Source of the DNA: a virus
Lineage: Duplodnaviria > Caudoviricetes
Length of the DNA stretch: 64,000 nucleotides
Strand: one strand, 5' to 3'
IMG/VR virus record: IMGVR_UViG_2974731290_000001
Span: 1-64,000 of that record
Shown here: piece after piece, positions 49,426 to 62,008 of the stretch
Layout: the number at the start of each line of letters is the position of its first letter
Position numbering within the stretch: position 1 is the first letter of the stretch
Program-made: the position numbers and the translations under genes
Notes under the pieces: generated by a model
What the model was told of the DNA's origin: nothing
Database searches by the model: none
The model's input: the letters and a program-made list of their open reading frames with translations, nothing else

Positions 49426-50937
49426 TTACGCACCAACGTATGAACCCTCGATGCTATCCTCAGCATCATCAGCATCACAATAAAGGATACCACATGAAAG
49501 CGGGTTGCGGAGCATAATACCCTCTTCACCAAGGAAGTGTACCTGATAACCATCACGGCTGTTAGAACGTACTGTGTTAATGCTATTTGAGTAACCCTGC
49601 GGAGTTACAGAACCTGCTGTACACCACTGTACAAACTCACGACCCTTACGACACACCTTAACGATGTTTGCCTGACCGTCACGCTGACCAAGATCAAGGA
49701 AAAGGAATGTATAAGACATAAGAGGTTTACCTGTCAGCGGATGAAGCTTACGGAACATCTCCATGTTATCAAAGAGACCACAACGCTTAACTGTAAGCTC
49801 AATACCGTTAGTCATCTTATATGTAGTAAACTGACCACCAAGTGTAAGATCCTGACCAGAACCAGAAACAAAGTGTGTATCAATCATCTGGAAGCCAGCT
49901 ACTTTCTCCTTAAGGATACGATCGAATTCTCTGATACCCATCTCACCAGTGAGAGCCATAAACTTACGCTCGTTTGTACCAAGCATATTGTAGCAAAGGT
50001 CGAACAAGAAGTCTTCAAACAACTCACATGTAAGTGTAGTATAATAACGAATATTTGACGGAGATACCTGCTCGAACAAACCTGCAGAAATAGCAACTGA
50101 ACGACCATTAGTACCCTTCAGACCATATGTACCATCTGAGTTACGGTTAGAGTGTGCAAACAGAAGCATCTTCTCCTCGCGCTTCTTCCACTCACGAAGG
50201 GCCTTCCAATACTGATAGTCAGACCAGAGATATGACTTCTTACCTGTCTCTGGATCAGTAAGAGCAATAGCCAATACTGTAGAATATGCGTCACCTGTAA
50301 TATCATATGACATACGGAGTGTCATAAGGTTGTTGCGCATCTTAAATGGAGTCTGATATCCCATGATATCTGCCTCATCACTGTACTCCTCATATGCTGA
50401 ACCAATACGGTCTACCTGACGACCAGGGAGGAGATACATAGAAGGAATATAAGAAGCGTCTGAGCCATCGGCTACATAGCACTCATATACCCAAGCATTA
50501 CCATCCTGATACGGAGTACCAGATACACGAACCTGGAAATTAATATCATCAAATGCGAGAATTGCGCCAGGACCGTACCAACGCTCCTCAAGAGCAATAT
50601 AAATCGGTGAACGGTTAATACCAGGAGCCTCTGTTGAACTTGTAATAATATTACCGTCGCACTTAGCCCATACGATATTTACTGCATGATCCTGATCGAT
50701 CATTACAGACCACTCATACTCGCGGTTATCAATAATCATCGTCTTGCCGAGACCACCTGTAATAAGGTCAATAGCTGTAGATACGCCGTCATCCTTTGTA
50801 CCAAACACAAGCGAAAGAAGACCAGATACCTGGTGAGGATTTGTCAGCAAAGCGTTAGAAATCATATTCTCATCTACCAAGTCTGCAAATCGCTTACCAC
50901 GATACAGCTGGAGATTATTAAGCAAATTGTTATTCAT
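49426..50937 (-). CDS. major capsid protein (crAss-type); no TAG codons
   Basis: Uninterrupted 503-aa ORF; REYEWSV, MRNNLMTLR and FMALTGEMG motifs; high-expression codon bias; portal-scaffold-MCP synteny. Confidence 0.85.
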   Translation of the reverse strand: MNNNLLNNLQLYRGKRFADLVDENMISNALLTNPHQVSGLLSLVFGTKDDGVSTAIDLITGGLGKTMIIDNREYEWSVMIDQDHAVNIVWAKCDGNIITSSTEAPGINRSPIYIALEERWYGPGAILAFDDINFQVRVSGTPYQDGNAWVYECYVADGSDASYIPSMYLLPGRQVDRIGSAYEEYSDEADIMGYQTPFKMRNNLMTLRMSYDITGDAYSTVLAIALTDPETGKKSYLWSDYQYWKALREWKKREEKMLLFAHSNRNSDGTYGLKGTNGRSVAISAGLFEQVSPSNIRYYTTLTCELFEDFLFDLCYNMLGTNERKFMALTGEMGIREFDRILKEKVAGFQMIDTHFVSGSGQDLTLGGQFTTYKMTNGIELTVKRCGLFDNMEMFRKLHPLTGKPLMSYTFLFLDLGQRDGQANIVKVCRKGREFVQWCTAGSVTPQGYSNSINTVRSNSRDGYQVHFLGEEGIMLRNPLSCGILYCDADDAEDSIEGSYVGA

Positions 50938-50965
50938 GTTATTTTAATATTTTGATTGATTTTAA

Positions 50966-52108
50966 TTAACTGAAGAATTTTGACGCAAGTTCAACAGCTG
51001 ATTTTGGTTTTTCTTCTGTATTATAAGTAGATCTATTTCTACTTGAATGTCTTAATATTTTTCTAAGTTTTTCTGTTGCGGATGATTCTCCGTCTCTCTT
51101 AGCTGTAGTAATTAATGAATCACCTTTCATAGTGATATAAGCAGTAGTTAGAAGATTATTAATAAACTTATCCTGATCATTATAATCCTTCTGGAACTTT
51201 GAAATTCCGTCTTGATCGACATTGAAGATATAATCAGCAAGCTTTGCTCTATCTGATGCAGGAATCTGTATACCTTGTATAGACTGCAGATTATTGATTT
51301 GATTCATACACTGTGTATAGAATGCTTTCTACTGCTCTTCTTGCTGTTGCATGTACAACAACTACTGCTGTTGTTCATACTCAATCTGTTGTTTCTTAAT
51401 AGTCTTTAATCTTGATAAAGCATCCTCAGATTCTTCTTCAAGCATGTCAGCATCTTCATAACGCTCTATCTTATTCTTTATCTGTTCATCGGTATATCCA
51501 TTATATCGAAGCAGTTCACTAATCACATTTTTCTGATTAGTCTCATCATCCATGTCAAGATTATCGTATGCCAAAGATGTCTGCTGCTTTCCATAAAAGT
51601 CTTCAAACTTTCCACCATTCTTAACATATTCGTCAAGCTGCTGTACTCGTTCATCTGCATACTGTGGAACAGAATTCTGATCAACGACCTCTCTTATATA
51701 ATCAGTTAAATCCTCTACAGTTAGTGGACGATCTTCTTCTTTTATATCATCCATATTCCAACCTAAAGATTGTCCAATAGCGTCAAAAAAGAGACCAACT
51801 TGTTCTGCCTCTCTTACATCATCATCTGACGGTTCAGCAATATTATCAGTAGTCTCTACTGGAGTTTCTTTTTGATTGTTATTTATAGTATTTTGTGGAA
51901 TGGTACTATCGTCGTCTTTAGCTGACGGATCAGTATCATCCGCATTAATCTCCTCAGCAGGATTATCTGCCGGCATTTTGTCCTCAACCGTATTTTCAAA
52001 TTCATTAGCTATATCCATATCAGTTTTAGATGTTCCTTCTGCAGGATCTCCATATACTGAGCTTAGCAGTGAATCAAATGCGGTTGGTTTTGTAGTATCT
52101 TTATTCAT
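50966..52108 (-). CDS. acidic scaffold-like capsid assembly protein (380 aa, TAG=Gln)
   Basis: Two track ORFs in one frame, joined by a Gln-rich linker (CAG CAG TAG TAG ... CAG TAG); lies upstream of MCP. Confidence 0.7.
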
Positions 52109-52152
52109 AAATTATTATAATAATTTAAATTGTTGTATTACTTATACAATTA

Positions 52153-52881
52153 TTACATAAATGCATATTGACCGTATGCATTTCTCACAACTCTATAATT
52201 AGAAGGATTCTTCATACCAGACTTGTGTGTATTTTTTGAAGGTTTTTTTGTAACAGGTTTAATACGCTTCTTATTATATCTAAGCGTTTGACCCTATCTA
52301 ATATTATTTACATCTTTAATGTTATTTAGTTCAGCAAGATCTTTAACAGACATGCCGTATTTCTTTGCGATGCGACTTAGCGTATCTCCTCTACGTATTT
52401 TATAGCTACCAGACGCGTCGTTCTAAATCATTTGATTTATCGCATTTTCCGCACCTATTCGGTTTTTATAATAATCCAGTGCTGTCTTTTTTATAAATTC
52501 GTCCCTATCCGTATACGACTATGCTCTTCCACCGTACACATCATCGTATAAAGATGTTGCAAAACCAATGTCTTGCTGTGTTGGTTGACCACCTTGTTGC
52601 TATATCTGTGGCGGTACATCATTCAATATCTGCGGATTTGTGTACCGATTTCTTACGTTCATATACATATTGGCTGCGTTATTTATATATTTGTCAACTC
52701 CGCCATATTGCTCAACACCGCTGTTTCCATATATTTCATTATACTATTCTACGGCATTATTGAAATCTTTTTCGCTATATTCACTATTTGGATCATAATT
52801 GAACTACGGTGTCTGCGGTGGAACATCCATACCGAAGTCGTATGCAGGCAATGTAACTCCTAATAAATATGGGTTTAACAT
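52153..52881 (-). CDS. LysM-domain protein (242 aa, TAG=Gln)
   Basis: YKIRRGDTLSRIAKKYGMSVKDLAELNNIKDVNNIQIGQTL is a canonical LysM. Confidence 0.8.
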
Positions 52882-52888
52882 AATAATA

Positions 52889-54046
52889 TTATTTAAAATT
52901 TAAATTTGGTATTTTTATTTGATTTATTGGCACAGTAAGTATTTTCAAATCCTGTGGTTTAGTTAGTGGAATTTGTACTGGCTACTGTTCTATTGGTATC
53001 GGTTGTATAAATGACGCTTTATTTGTTTGCGGATTTACTTGTATACCATAGTTTTGTTCATATATACTACGATTCTTATCAAGATCGTTCTATAGTAATC
53101 TTCCATATGTTTTTAAACCGTTTAGTTTATCATAATATTGTTGTGTGGTTGGTCCATTATAATAACCCTATTTGCCCAACTATTCTGCATATTGTCGCAA
53201 ATCTTTTGCTGATACAGCATCACGGTATTTATTGTTCATAAGATTTAAATAATAATCTACGAACTATTGATCGGATTCAAATTGCTTTAATTTACCTTTA
53301 GACATTACACCACCATAATTATGAGAATTCCTGTATCTAGTTCCACCATATCCAGATTCCATTGCTAATTGACGCATCATATAATCATACGCATTTGGAT
53401 TCTTAATACCTCTGCTTTTTAATCCTTGATATACAAGTGGTCCTATATCTGTTATAAACGAATTCATTGTATTTTTACCGTTTTTGCCGGTCTAGTATTC
53501 AGGTAAATTTATCTTTACCGGATGATCTTCATTTCGATCTAAATAGTCACGAGTAACATTGTAATTAAAATAATTCTATAACTATGATGCACTTGGTGTA
53601 TATTCAGTACCTACTTTATTCCAGTGTCCTCCTATTATACCTAATGGATTAAAATCACTTACATTACCACTAAAAATAGATTCGTCTGAAAAAGTAGGAT
53701 GATACATGGTTTTAGCTATATCTGTAAAATGTGCGTCCGAATCTGCTTGTAACATGCGTTCAGCCATAAATGGTTGTAGATTATAAAATGTCCAATAATT
53801 ATATGTAGGATCATTTAACATCTACATTTCAACTAATACTGGATCTAATGGTTTCATTGGAGCTTTTGTCCAGTCTTGTGCTTTTTTATCAGCAAGTTTA
53901 TCCATCCAAGAATAAAAGTCATTTTTCTTTTCTGTACTTGTTTTTCCAGTATCATACTTAGGTAACTCAACACCTCTTATATCCCAATATCGTTCACCAT
54001 TCTTCCAACGGTTATATCGTTCTTGAAAATCCTTAGTGTCCTTCAT
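52889..54046 (-). CDS. modular virion protein with a glucosaminidase/GH73-like peptidoglycan hydrolase domain (~385 aa, TAG=Gln)
   Basis: QLAMESGYG ... SHNYGG ... GYY motifs; upstream domain HFTDIAKT.YHPTFSDESI; one frame throughout. Confidence 0.7.
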
Positions 54047-54048
54047 AA

Positions 54049-56538
54049 TCAATGCTCTCCAACCGTTTTGTTCTTCAATGCAGTTTTGGCTTTAAGCTAT
54101 TCTCTTTCCATAGCTGCCTTATCCTTCTGCGACTGAAGTTGTGTTTCATGCTTCATTTTATCTCTCTCAAGCTATATCTTAGCGTCTTCTATCTCTTTCT
54201 TCTGTTTAGATTCATAACGCTTAGAATAAGCATCTTCTCGAACCTTCATTTGTGCTGTAGCATCTTTAGCTATTTCGATCGGATCAGGTATACCGTTATT
54301 GTCAGCATCTTTCTCTTCAGTACCACGATATGCAGATATCTCTGCTACAGTAATCTTAGTTTGATTATCTTGATCTATCTTATATCTATCAAGATCCATC
54401 TGTGCTTCCTGTAACATAAGTTCTTGCTGTTTAGCTTCATTCTGCATTTGCTGAAGTTGCTGTTGTGCAGCCTGTTCCTATTCTTGTTGTTGCTGCTGAA
54501 GTTCTTCCTGTCTCTTCTGCATAGCTGCAAGCTTCTGTTTAATTATATTGAAGTTATCATTTGTAAGTATTTCTGCAGCTTCCAAAAGACTTGCACCATT
54601 CTGCATAGCAGGTTGTATAAGCTGTTGTAATTTCTGTATATTCTCAAGATCTTTAGAAGTATCACTAACAAACACGTCCATATCTTCATAATAGAACTTA
54701 TCAGATATATCCAAGAAAGCTCTTTCGCCATTATCAAATACATATGATAACTTTTTCTTATTTGACTGCTACCAAGCACCTTTTGCAGTATTTAACAACA
54801 TATTAAGTACATGTCTCTTACACTGAGCATGTGCCCAGAATAAAGGTTCAGTTATGTGTGAAGATTGTACTACAGAACGTTCAACATTTCCTACTAACTC
54901 TGAAGAACTAATAGCTCCTTGACGTTGTTCGGTAATACCAGATATAGTTCCTGCAAGCTGTTCTATCTTATCCATTAACTGAATATATTCAGCTATAACA
55001 TTTGACATTGTTAAGTCTAATGCCGTTATTTGATTAAACTATGCTGGCTTACCACCCTCTCTACCTGGAACATTCCAAGATTCGTCATAAGGGTTTATAA
55101 AGTTAACACCTACACTTGATAAATAATGCATCCATCGTTCCGGTGTAATATTCATAGCTTTTGGTATCTAAGTTATATCCATATTTATAACCTTGCCTTT
55201 ATCTCTAGCTATTGCCAATTCAAGTCTATACCACAATACAATATACATATATTGTAAAGGTTTTAATATACTTACAAGCGATCTAGGTTTACTGTTTGTG
55301 TTACTATAAACACAACCGCAATAAGGAAGTTTTTGACTATTTGGATTATCTAAACTTACATGCTGATATTCTAATGGCTGTATACCAAAATACAAATCAC
55401 TGCCAGCTCTATAACCTTCCCATACTTCAATTACCCAATCAGGTTCTATAGATATTTCGTTACCTATCTTTTTGTATGTCTCATCAACGATTTCTGTTTG
55501 CATTGTGCCCGTTTCATCAGCCACTGTAACATAATAAATCTTTTTAAAGGATTTCCAACAACAGTGCCATACATTGATACAATATCTACTTTTTTGATCA
55601 AAAGCAGGATTGTCATATATATGCATAGAAATACTACTTCCAAAATTATCAACAATGTCTTTTTCTCCGGCATCGTTTGTAGGCTTACCAGTAAGCATTT
55701 CATTAAGCTTATTGAGGTCTTTTTCACTAAGCTTATCATAGTATCTATCATATACTTCTGCAACAGGTAATCTCATCTTACGACAACACCAAGATCCATC
55801 TTCAATGAATTCTAGATCTGGACTTTTATCATAAGAAAAGAATAATGGATTTACTCTCTCCATATAAGGATCGCCATTTTGTACACCAACATAATATATT
55901 TCATTTCCAGATATTAGAGCGTCTTTCCAACCTTTTATAAACTCGTTATCTATACCAAGTTTTTCTCTTAAATACTGTAATGTATGATATGCTGTATTTT
56001 CAACAACATCTTTATACTAGGAATCCATATATTTAGCAATCTGTTCCGGTGGCATTATTTCTCCACTTTGTAACTATTGCTAAAACTGTTGCTGTTCTTC
56101 TGGACCAAGTTTTGACATTATTGCAGACATCATATATTGCTACAATAATTCTTTTTCTTTATCCATAAGATCTGAGGCAGCTTCTTGTGACGTTCTAACT
56201 ACTCTAAAGTTCATAGGACGTTTTGTTTCCTCTCCTATCAACAAATCTATCTTAGGACGAATTATATTAAAGTCCTACGGTGTAGCAGGGAAGCCGTCGT
56301 CAACTTTAAACGGGTTTGTAATACGTTTAAAATCCTTTTCGTCAAATATACTATTATAGAGATTATAATAGGTCTAAATTTCACCATTTGGTGTTTTATA
56401 CATTCCACTAGAGACTATATTTCCTTCCCCTATTATATAGTCAACACAACCATGCTGCCACGCTTCATTTTTCTTTGATAAAGGAAGCTTCTGTTGTGGG
56501 AATGTGGCATTATATAAATTATCTTCTACTCTTACCAT
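54049..56538 (-). CDS. portal protein (829 aa, TAG=Gln)
   Basis: FPQQKLP, NIIRPKIDLLIGEE, VWEGYR and ISGITEQRQG...ELVGNVER motifs; follows TerL. Confidence 0.9.
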
Positions 56539-56540
56539 TA

Positions 56541-58598
56541 TTAAAAACTAAATAGAGGTATATCATCTTGCACACTATCGTTTTTGAACCATTGTTGTCC
56601 AAACAAAGGCATGTCAAAGAGTTCAACCTATTTATTCTATTCTTGTGATTTACTAACCTTTACTTGATATAACTCTTCTCTGTATATCATAACCATACAC
56701 AAAGCTATTACTCTATCGACGTTTTTAACACCGTCATTTTCTATAAGTTCTTCAATTAAAGGTTCACTATATATTCTCTCTACGTTAGGATGTCCTGGTT
56801 CATACTCTTCAAGTAACCACTCTAATATTAAACCTTCTCCATAAGCTCTAATAGCTTTTGTCATATGGCATCCTTTACGTCTTTGTACTTTACTATCCTT
56901 AAAGACTTCTGATATAATCTTATCAGGCTAATCTGCAAGTAAGTAATCACAGTGTTTGTTTGTAAAGTAAGGATATATACCCTTACGCTCATTCTCAAAT
57001 AACAATCTAGCATTATAAAACACTAGAAGTTTTCTTACATTTTCATAATATTCCTCTGCTGTATCAGGTCTTCCTGAATATTCAGCTACTATAACATCTG
57101 TCCAAGCTTCTCCTGCTTTTACACGTTTGAATATAAATACCGATCCTAATGAATTCGTAAACGAATCGTCGTGGTCATAAGGGTCACATCCTCCGATATA
57201 TAATCCAAACGGTGGATCTTTTATTGGGTATTCCCATATAACTATAGATCCGTGCGGTTTATCACCTTTCTTTAATGGATATTCTGTAATGTCTCCTGTC
57301 TTCTTTTCAGTTGCAGTTATCTATCCATTACCATCCCAATTGAGATCTACTATATGTTTCATATTACGTAGTTTAGTATTAGTACGTAATCTAGTTAATT
57401 GGTCTAATAATAGTTTTCTCGGGAATATATTTTTACCAAGTTCGAGTACAGCTTCTCTTGGTTTAATTGGCCTTTCGGATATGAATCTATCTATAGACTA
57501 TTGCGATGCTCCTCCGTCTTTTATCTTATTACGTTGTTCAATTAGATTTTCAACAGCTTTTTCTTTTAAGCTGTTACCATCCTGATCCATATAGATATAA
57601 TTACCATTTTCATCGAACGACTCAAGGTTACTCCACGATGGAACAAAAAATCCGCATTTAGTCTATTCAGCATTATCGTCCCATATATTTGGAACCGCTA
57701 ATACATTATATGCTTCTGGTTTATAAAACAATTCTTTCAAACCGGTGAATGATGATCCTTCAGTACCACCAGTACCAAAAGCTATCATAAGTCCAAATGC
57801 TACTCCATCGTCAGTTTCAACAGAAGGTTGCTCTATTCGCCAAGCATCTAATAACCCTGGAAATTTACCTCCTTCTTCCCATAATACAAGTTTACCACGA
57901 GTACCACGAATACGTTCAGGATCGTTCTTAAGCGTTATGCCTGTTATAGATGACATATAACCCTATTCAGTTTGTTTACCAAATTCGTCAGTTATTTTAT
58001 AACCAGCAACTCTTTCCATACGTGTAGATACAAGACGCTGTTTTGCCCATGCGGTATATTTGTCTATAAAATCCATTATCTACCAAGCCTTTGTTAAAAG
58101 ACCATCGCCAATAAGAAATTTTTGTTCAGAAGCTACCGCAAAATTTTTAGATCCTGGAATTAATTCATAATTACGTACAAGCATCGAAGCCCCTTTAAAT
58201 GAGTATCCGCGTTGTCTACTCTTCAACACCGCCATGTGTTTTCCATTATCTTCGGCTTGTTCTATTGCGTTATAATAATAATAATCATAATCCCAAAATC
58301 TAGGAAAATCTAATACACGCTCTCTTTTAGTACGTATATTACCATATCTATCTGTATATGAAACTTCTTTTAGTTTCATAATAGGACTATAGTTTAAATA
58401 AAAATAATGGTATCCTGTAATACTATCACCATCTGGTGCAGTATAACCATTTAAACATCTTTCTGTCTCTTGATCCCAATAACTATTATAATCAGTAGTT
58501 CCTCTTGGTGCTAATGTATAACATTTATGTTTCTTAAAAAATTCAGCGGCAGGACTAAACTTGATTGTATTTTTGATACGTTTATTGAAATCTATCAT
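56541..58598 (-). CDS. terL: terminase large subunit (685 aa, TAG=Gln)
   Basis: ITGYHYFYLNY, LKSRQRGYS, WEEGGKF, GTGG, GCDPYDHD and NVDRVIAL motifs. Confidence 0.92.
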
Positions 58599-58600
58599 AA

Positions 58601-59119
58601 TTATCTTGGATTTTCGTAAAGACCAATTACACCTCCGCCTTTAACTCTGCCAGTTTCAGCTTGCTCAGCCTTTGCTTGTTTCATAGCAAGATCTAATGAT
58701 TTTATAATACCACTAACATCTTTAAGTAATTTAGATACTTTGGTAGCACTATCTATATCTAAATCAGATCCGCTGTAATTATTCATAACATCCATTATCG
58801 CCTCAGCCGCGTGTTTAGAACAAGTTAACAATCTAGTCATAGGTGTTTCCTAAAACTCATTAAATCTTTTAGCTAGTTCTTGTACATCTGTGTCTGGTAC
58901 ATAATGTTCATCATTAAAAACATCCTTAGCTACTCTCCATGTACGTTCCTTTTCAGGGTAAGCTTCATAAGGCGTATTCCATTTATATCTCCATATTATA
59001 AACTCTATTTTCTTTATAGCGGCTTGTTTATCCTTAGATTTATTGTAGAAATCCTTAAATGGTGGTATAGCTAAATCTTCTGTTTTTAATTGTATTTTAC
59101 TACCCTGTATATCAAACAT
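58601..59119 (-). CDS. conserved protein upstream of TerL (possible small terminase; 172 aa, TAG=Gln)
   Basis: Two same-frame ORFs joined over one TAG; position next to TerL. Confidence 0.55.
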
Positions 59120-59952
59120 TATATTATACTGTTAAAACATTTTATAATATATTCCATTATCTCTTTTCTTTCCTCTTCAAATCCATCCTCTTTTTTAGGA
59201 GTGTTCATAGAAAGTACTTTAAGTAAAAACTATCCAAAATCATACATCTCTTGATGTCCTACTTGTATAAAGAACAAGTGTGTATCTTTTGCACATAAGA
59301 GATTATATAGATATTTTTTATATTCACTACTAGAATGTATTAAACTATTTGGGTTCTGTACATAATTATATCCAGCGTAATTTAATATATTTCTATTCTT
59401 AGCATAGTATAATAATTTAACAAACGTAGAGCTATCTTCTATAAATCTGCGCTTACAATATTCAACATTATCAAATAATGACCTTTTGATTAATTGTACA
59501 TTTAAAAAGTGTATTGTACCTGAGTCATCTTTTACATAATTATTTCCGTATACTTTACGTGCAGTAGGTTTTTTAGTTTTCTTATGTTTACCTTCTATTA
59601 CAATATATCCAGAAGATACTATGTCAAATTTGCCATCATCTGTTCCATTGGCCATTGTCTGCAGATACTCTTTATTATAATAGTCATCTGAATCAAGAAA
59701 CGCAATGTAATCTCCAGTAGCATGCTTAATACCAGTATTTCTAGCACATCCTGCGCCAAGATTTACATCATGTTTAATGTATACTATTCTGTTATCTTTA
59801 TATTTCTTTATTATTTTTTCTGTATCATCTGTCGAACAATCGTTTACGACAATAAGTTCTACATCTTTATATGTCTAATTTAACACAGAGCGAATTGCTC
59901 TACGTATTGTGTTTTGCGCATTATACGCGCTCATTATTACTGATATTTTCAT
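59119..59952 (-). CDS. family 2 glycosyltransferase (277 aa, TAG=Gln)
   Basis: ISVIMSAYN ... SVLN(Q)TY ... VVNDCSTD ... ARNTGI..ATGDYIAFLDSDD. Confidence 0.9.
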
Positions 59953-59969
59953 CTTATGTGTATATTATA

Positions 59970-60992
59970 TTATCCTATCTAAATTAAATAATCTAAATGT
60001 TCTCTTCTTTCAGCTGAATCAAATATATATGCACTAACATAATTTATTGAGTTCTTTGTAGATTCCTATTTATCTCCAAAGTATTCGCCAAATCCTGTAA
60101 CAGAACCATCTGATCTGTTAAATTTTATATAAGCATGTCGCAGTGTTTTCAACTATGCTTTATTCGCCTAAATTGCGTCTTTGCACATTGAAACAGCTAT
60201 ATATGCAGTAACTTGTTCATCACAATTTATTGTATATGTGAAGTGCTGATTAAACTACTAATTTATATCTTGAAGTTCACAAATATCTGCCTACGCGCTT
60301 GCTACACTAGACTATACTGTGGCGATAGTTTTTTTGATAGTATTTATATCATCCTGTGCTGTAGAAACGTCTATATATAAAGCATTTATACTATTATTAA
60401 TAGTAGATACTTCGGTATTTATACTTATTATTTTAGCATCAAGTTCTGTATCTTTTGTTTTTAGTTTAGTTATATCACCTCGTGCAGTAATTAATTCACT
60501 ATTGATCTAATGCATGTACTACAAGTTTGACTGTGTGACATCATATGCATCATTTGCTTTATTCGCAGCAGCACCTACATCAGTTCTAAGTGTACGAATA
60601 CTTGCATCGTTAAGATATGTATTAACTGCAACTTCAGATATTCTTGTATATAGATCCGGTATTTTAGTATTTATTGTATTAATCTACGTATTTATATTAT
60701 CCAAGTTAGATTTTACATCATTTATACTATCTGATAAAGTGTTTGTTATATTGCTTACATTATTTACATTATCAATAACTACTTGTAACTCTTTGTGGGA
60801 CACATAATTAGACACATCAGATGGTTTTATATCTTTACAAAGCTGTATTATACTATTCGCATCTAATATGTCACCTTCACGAAACATTGTTTCTTTAGTG
60901 TCATTAGGATTATTAAATATACAAATATTTGGAACTTTTGGATAATCTATATGATCTATCAGCCTTGTGCCGATAAGTCTACTTTTCTTCAT
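59970..60992 (-). CDS. coiled-coil fibre/spike-like protein (340 aa, TAG=Gln)
   Basis: Heptad-rich central region; in frame to TAA at 59970. Confidence 0.55.
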
Positions 60993-61405
60993 CAGTTAAA
61001 CTGTATATTTTTACTTATAAGATCTGCAAGCCAACGTCTGAACTATATGCCTTCATATCCATCTACATCATTGGCAACAGCTAATGAATATTTTATACAT
61101 TCAACTTCACTATGAAGTATGTCTGGATAAAAATCAGCATAAGCAATATTTGCAGTATACGTAACGTCATATATATTAGAATTATTTCCAATATGTATAT
61201 TATTATCATTTAAATACTGCTATATAAACTCTGTTGTAAATTTATGGTCAGAACTGTTATTATTTACCATATGCGACAAAGTAAAACTTAAAGATTTTTC
61301 ATCAAAATGTTTACTATGTTGATCTATATAAGTTTTTAATTCACTACTATGAGCATCATGTTGCTCCGATTTGTTATCACTATGGCGTATTGTTATCATC
61401 TTCAT
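60992..61405 (-). CDS. conserved Bacteroidota-phage hypothetical protein (137 aa, TAG=Gln)
   Basis: YDVTYTANIAYADFYP ... DVDGYEG.QFRRWLAD. Confidence 0.65.
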
Positions 61406-61881
61406 GACGCTAAGCATTTAAAAAATTTATTAAACGTTTCTTTCATTTCGTCTATCGATTTCTCAATATTTGTAAATCTTACATCTACTTCTTGCTTCTC
61501 TTTAAAAGCCGGATTTAATTCAGAAAGTAACTTGTTGGATTTCTCAAGTATCTACTTCTATTCATCTATAGAATTTATAATAGATTCTGCCGAATTCTTC
61601 ATAGCTTCTATTTCTATAATTAAACCTTCTTTATCTGTAGATAATACAATACTACCTGCATAAGTAATTGACAATCCTTCAGGTATAGTATATGTCGCGG
61701 ATTTACCACAGTTATCAATAGTAATATCTATAACCATCTAAGTGTTTATAGGATTAGTTGGTTTAGACATTACATCCATTCTTGGAAAACCCATTGACAA
61801 TACTTTACCCTAAGAGACCGTCAATTCTTGTTTGTCCAATATATATACTGGATAATTTTGTTTTATATCTTTAAATAACAT
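61402..61881 (-). CDS. conserved Bacteroidota-phage hypothetical protein (159 aa, TAG=Gln)
   Basis: MLFKDIKQNYPVYILDK ... ELNPAFKEKQE; ends in TGA overlapping the next ATG. Confidence 0.65.
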
Positions 61882-62008
61882 ACAATATGGACTAGGACAG
61901 GATTTCTATCCTAGTACTTTTGTTAAATAAATATTAATTTTTATAAAAAGTAGTAACTAGATTAGGTAATGAACCTACTAAGCTCACTTTGAGATCTAGT
62001 TTAATGAA

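Noticed and set aside
54049-58598. Introns or inteins in terminase or portal, which are common in some crAss-like groups
   Set aside because: Both genes stay in one frame at normal length with no homing-endonuclease insert.
7553-61881. Fragmented minus-strand ORFs read as pseudogenes or a decayed prophage
   Set aside because: The breaks are in-frame TAGs with no frameshifts seen, and essential motifs are intact; recoding explains them.
34764-61881. Second DGR target (another VR copy)
   Set aside because: No TR-like sequence was seen by eye at the 3' ends of the tail or fibre genes; a remote VR outside the window remains possible.
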